Positions 63,399 through 64,000 of a stretch of DNA of 64,000 nt are shown here, in pieces. A model generated the notes under the pieces. The model made no database searches. It was not told the origin of the DNA and saw only the letters and a program-made list of their open reading frames with translations. The stretch comes from Epiperipatus broadwayi. Lineage: Eukaryota; Animalia; Onychophora. Within the stretch, counting starts at the first letter, position 1. Every line of letters begins with the position of its first letter. The stretch spans positions 12,400,001 through 12,464,000 of the forward strand of contig JAQFVV010000004.1 of the NCBI GenBank assembly GCA_028023455.1. Direction: 5' to 3'. The translations under genes and the position numbers were made by a program.

Positions 63399-64000
63399 TC
63401 ATACTAGGTTAAATAAATAGACTATATTGGAGGAGGTGTATTGCGATGCTGAATGAAAATAATCAATGCAATAGTCATCAGATGATGAAATGTACCACCA
63501 CTAGAATAAAATTAATACTACAGTATATTGCTTTAGCCTTTACATAGAGATGGTAATGAATATTTATGATAAACATTTATTAAAAAAAGAATATGTTCCT
63601 AAACTGACAGTCATAATAACATATTAACACATCTTAATTCAAATCCACAGAGAAAAGAACTCACTTATCATCAAGAATATCTAAGATATGTCCGACAGTT
63701 ATAAAGTTTTACTGATTAAAAATGCAACTCTAGCACTCATTAACTGATATCTAAAAAAAATAGTTGCTAAAAATATGACATGAGAAAAAACAAAACATAA
63801 ATCTAATGACATAAGTTATCTCAAGGCTAATTGTTCTTTTCTTTAAGAAAAAAAATCCAAGAGAAAAACAAATATATTTTAAATAAACAAACAGTGGAAA
63901 ATAAAAAAAATTGTAATTGTAGGACAAAGTTTCTAATTGTAAAATAATAATTAAAAAATGTATATTTTTTAAAAATAAATAGTTACTAATTTTTTGTTAT

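Overview
Very AT-rich, CpG-depleted animal (invertebrate) nuclear DNA with no confidently identifiable host gene; one possible terminal exon lies at 54318-54452 on the minus strand. The window is mostly decayed mobile DNA: at least five Penelope-like retroelement (PLE) copies (RT and/or C-terminal GIY-YIG, several as inverted palindromic insertions), mariner, piggyBac, Ty3/gypsy and L1/Tx1-like remnants, two TIR elements, a short tRNA-derived SINE (4 copies), a 62-bp minisatellite with 124-bp higher-order structure, and a fragmented mitochondrial insertion (cox1-cox2, nad2, nad4). The main hidden signal is about 20 minimal type I hammerhead ribozyme (HHR) motifs. They occur in (i) two dispersed non-coding repeat families of about 435-465 nt (A and B) that insert as fold-back or inverted structures with 13-15 bp target-site duplications, B also as a head-to-tail multimer, as expected for retrozyme-like elements; (ii) a third near-perfect HHR in a 420-nt period repeat; and (iii) PLE 3' ends whose HHR cores replace the canonical C3:G8 pair with U3:A8 or A3:U8. 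All structures were folded and aligned by eye, and ribozyme activity is untested. Coordinates of decayed elements are approximate.
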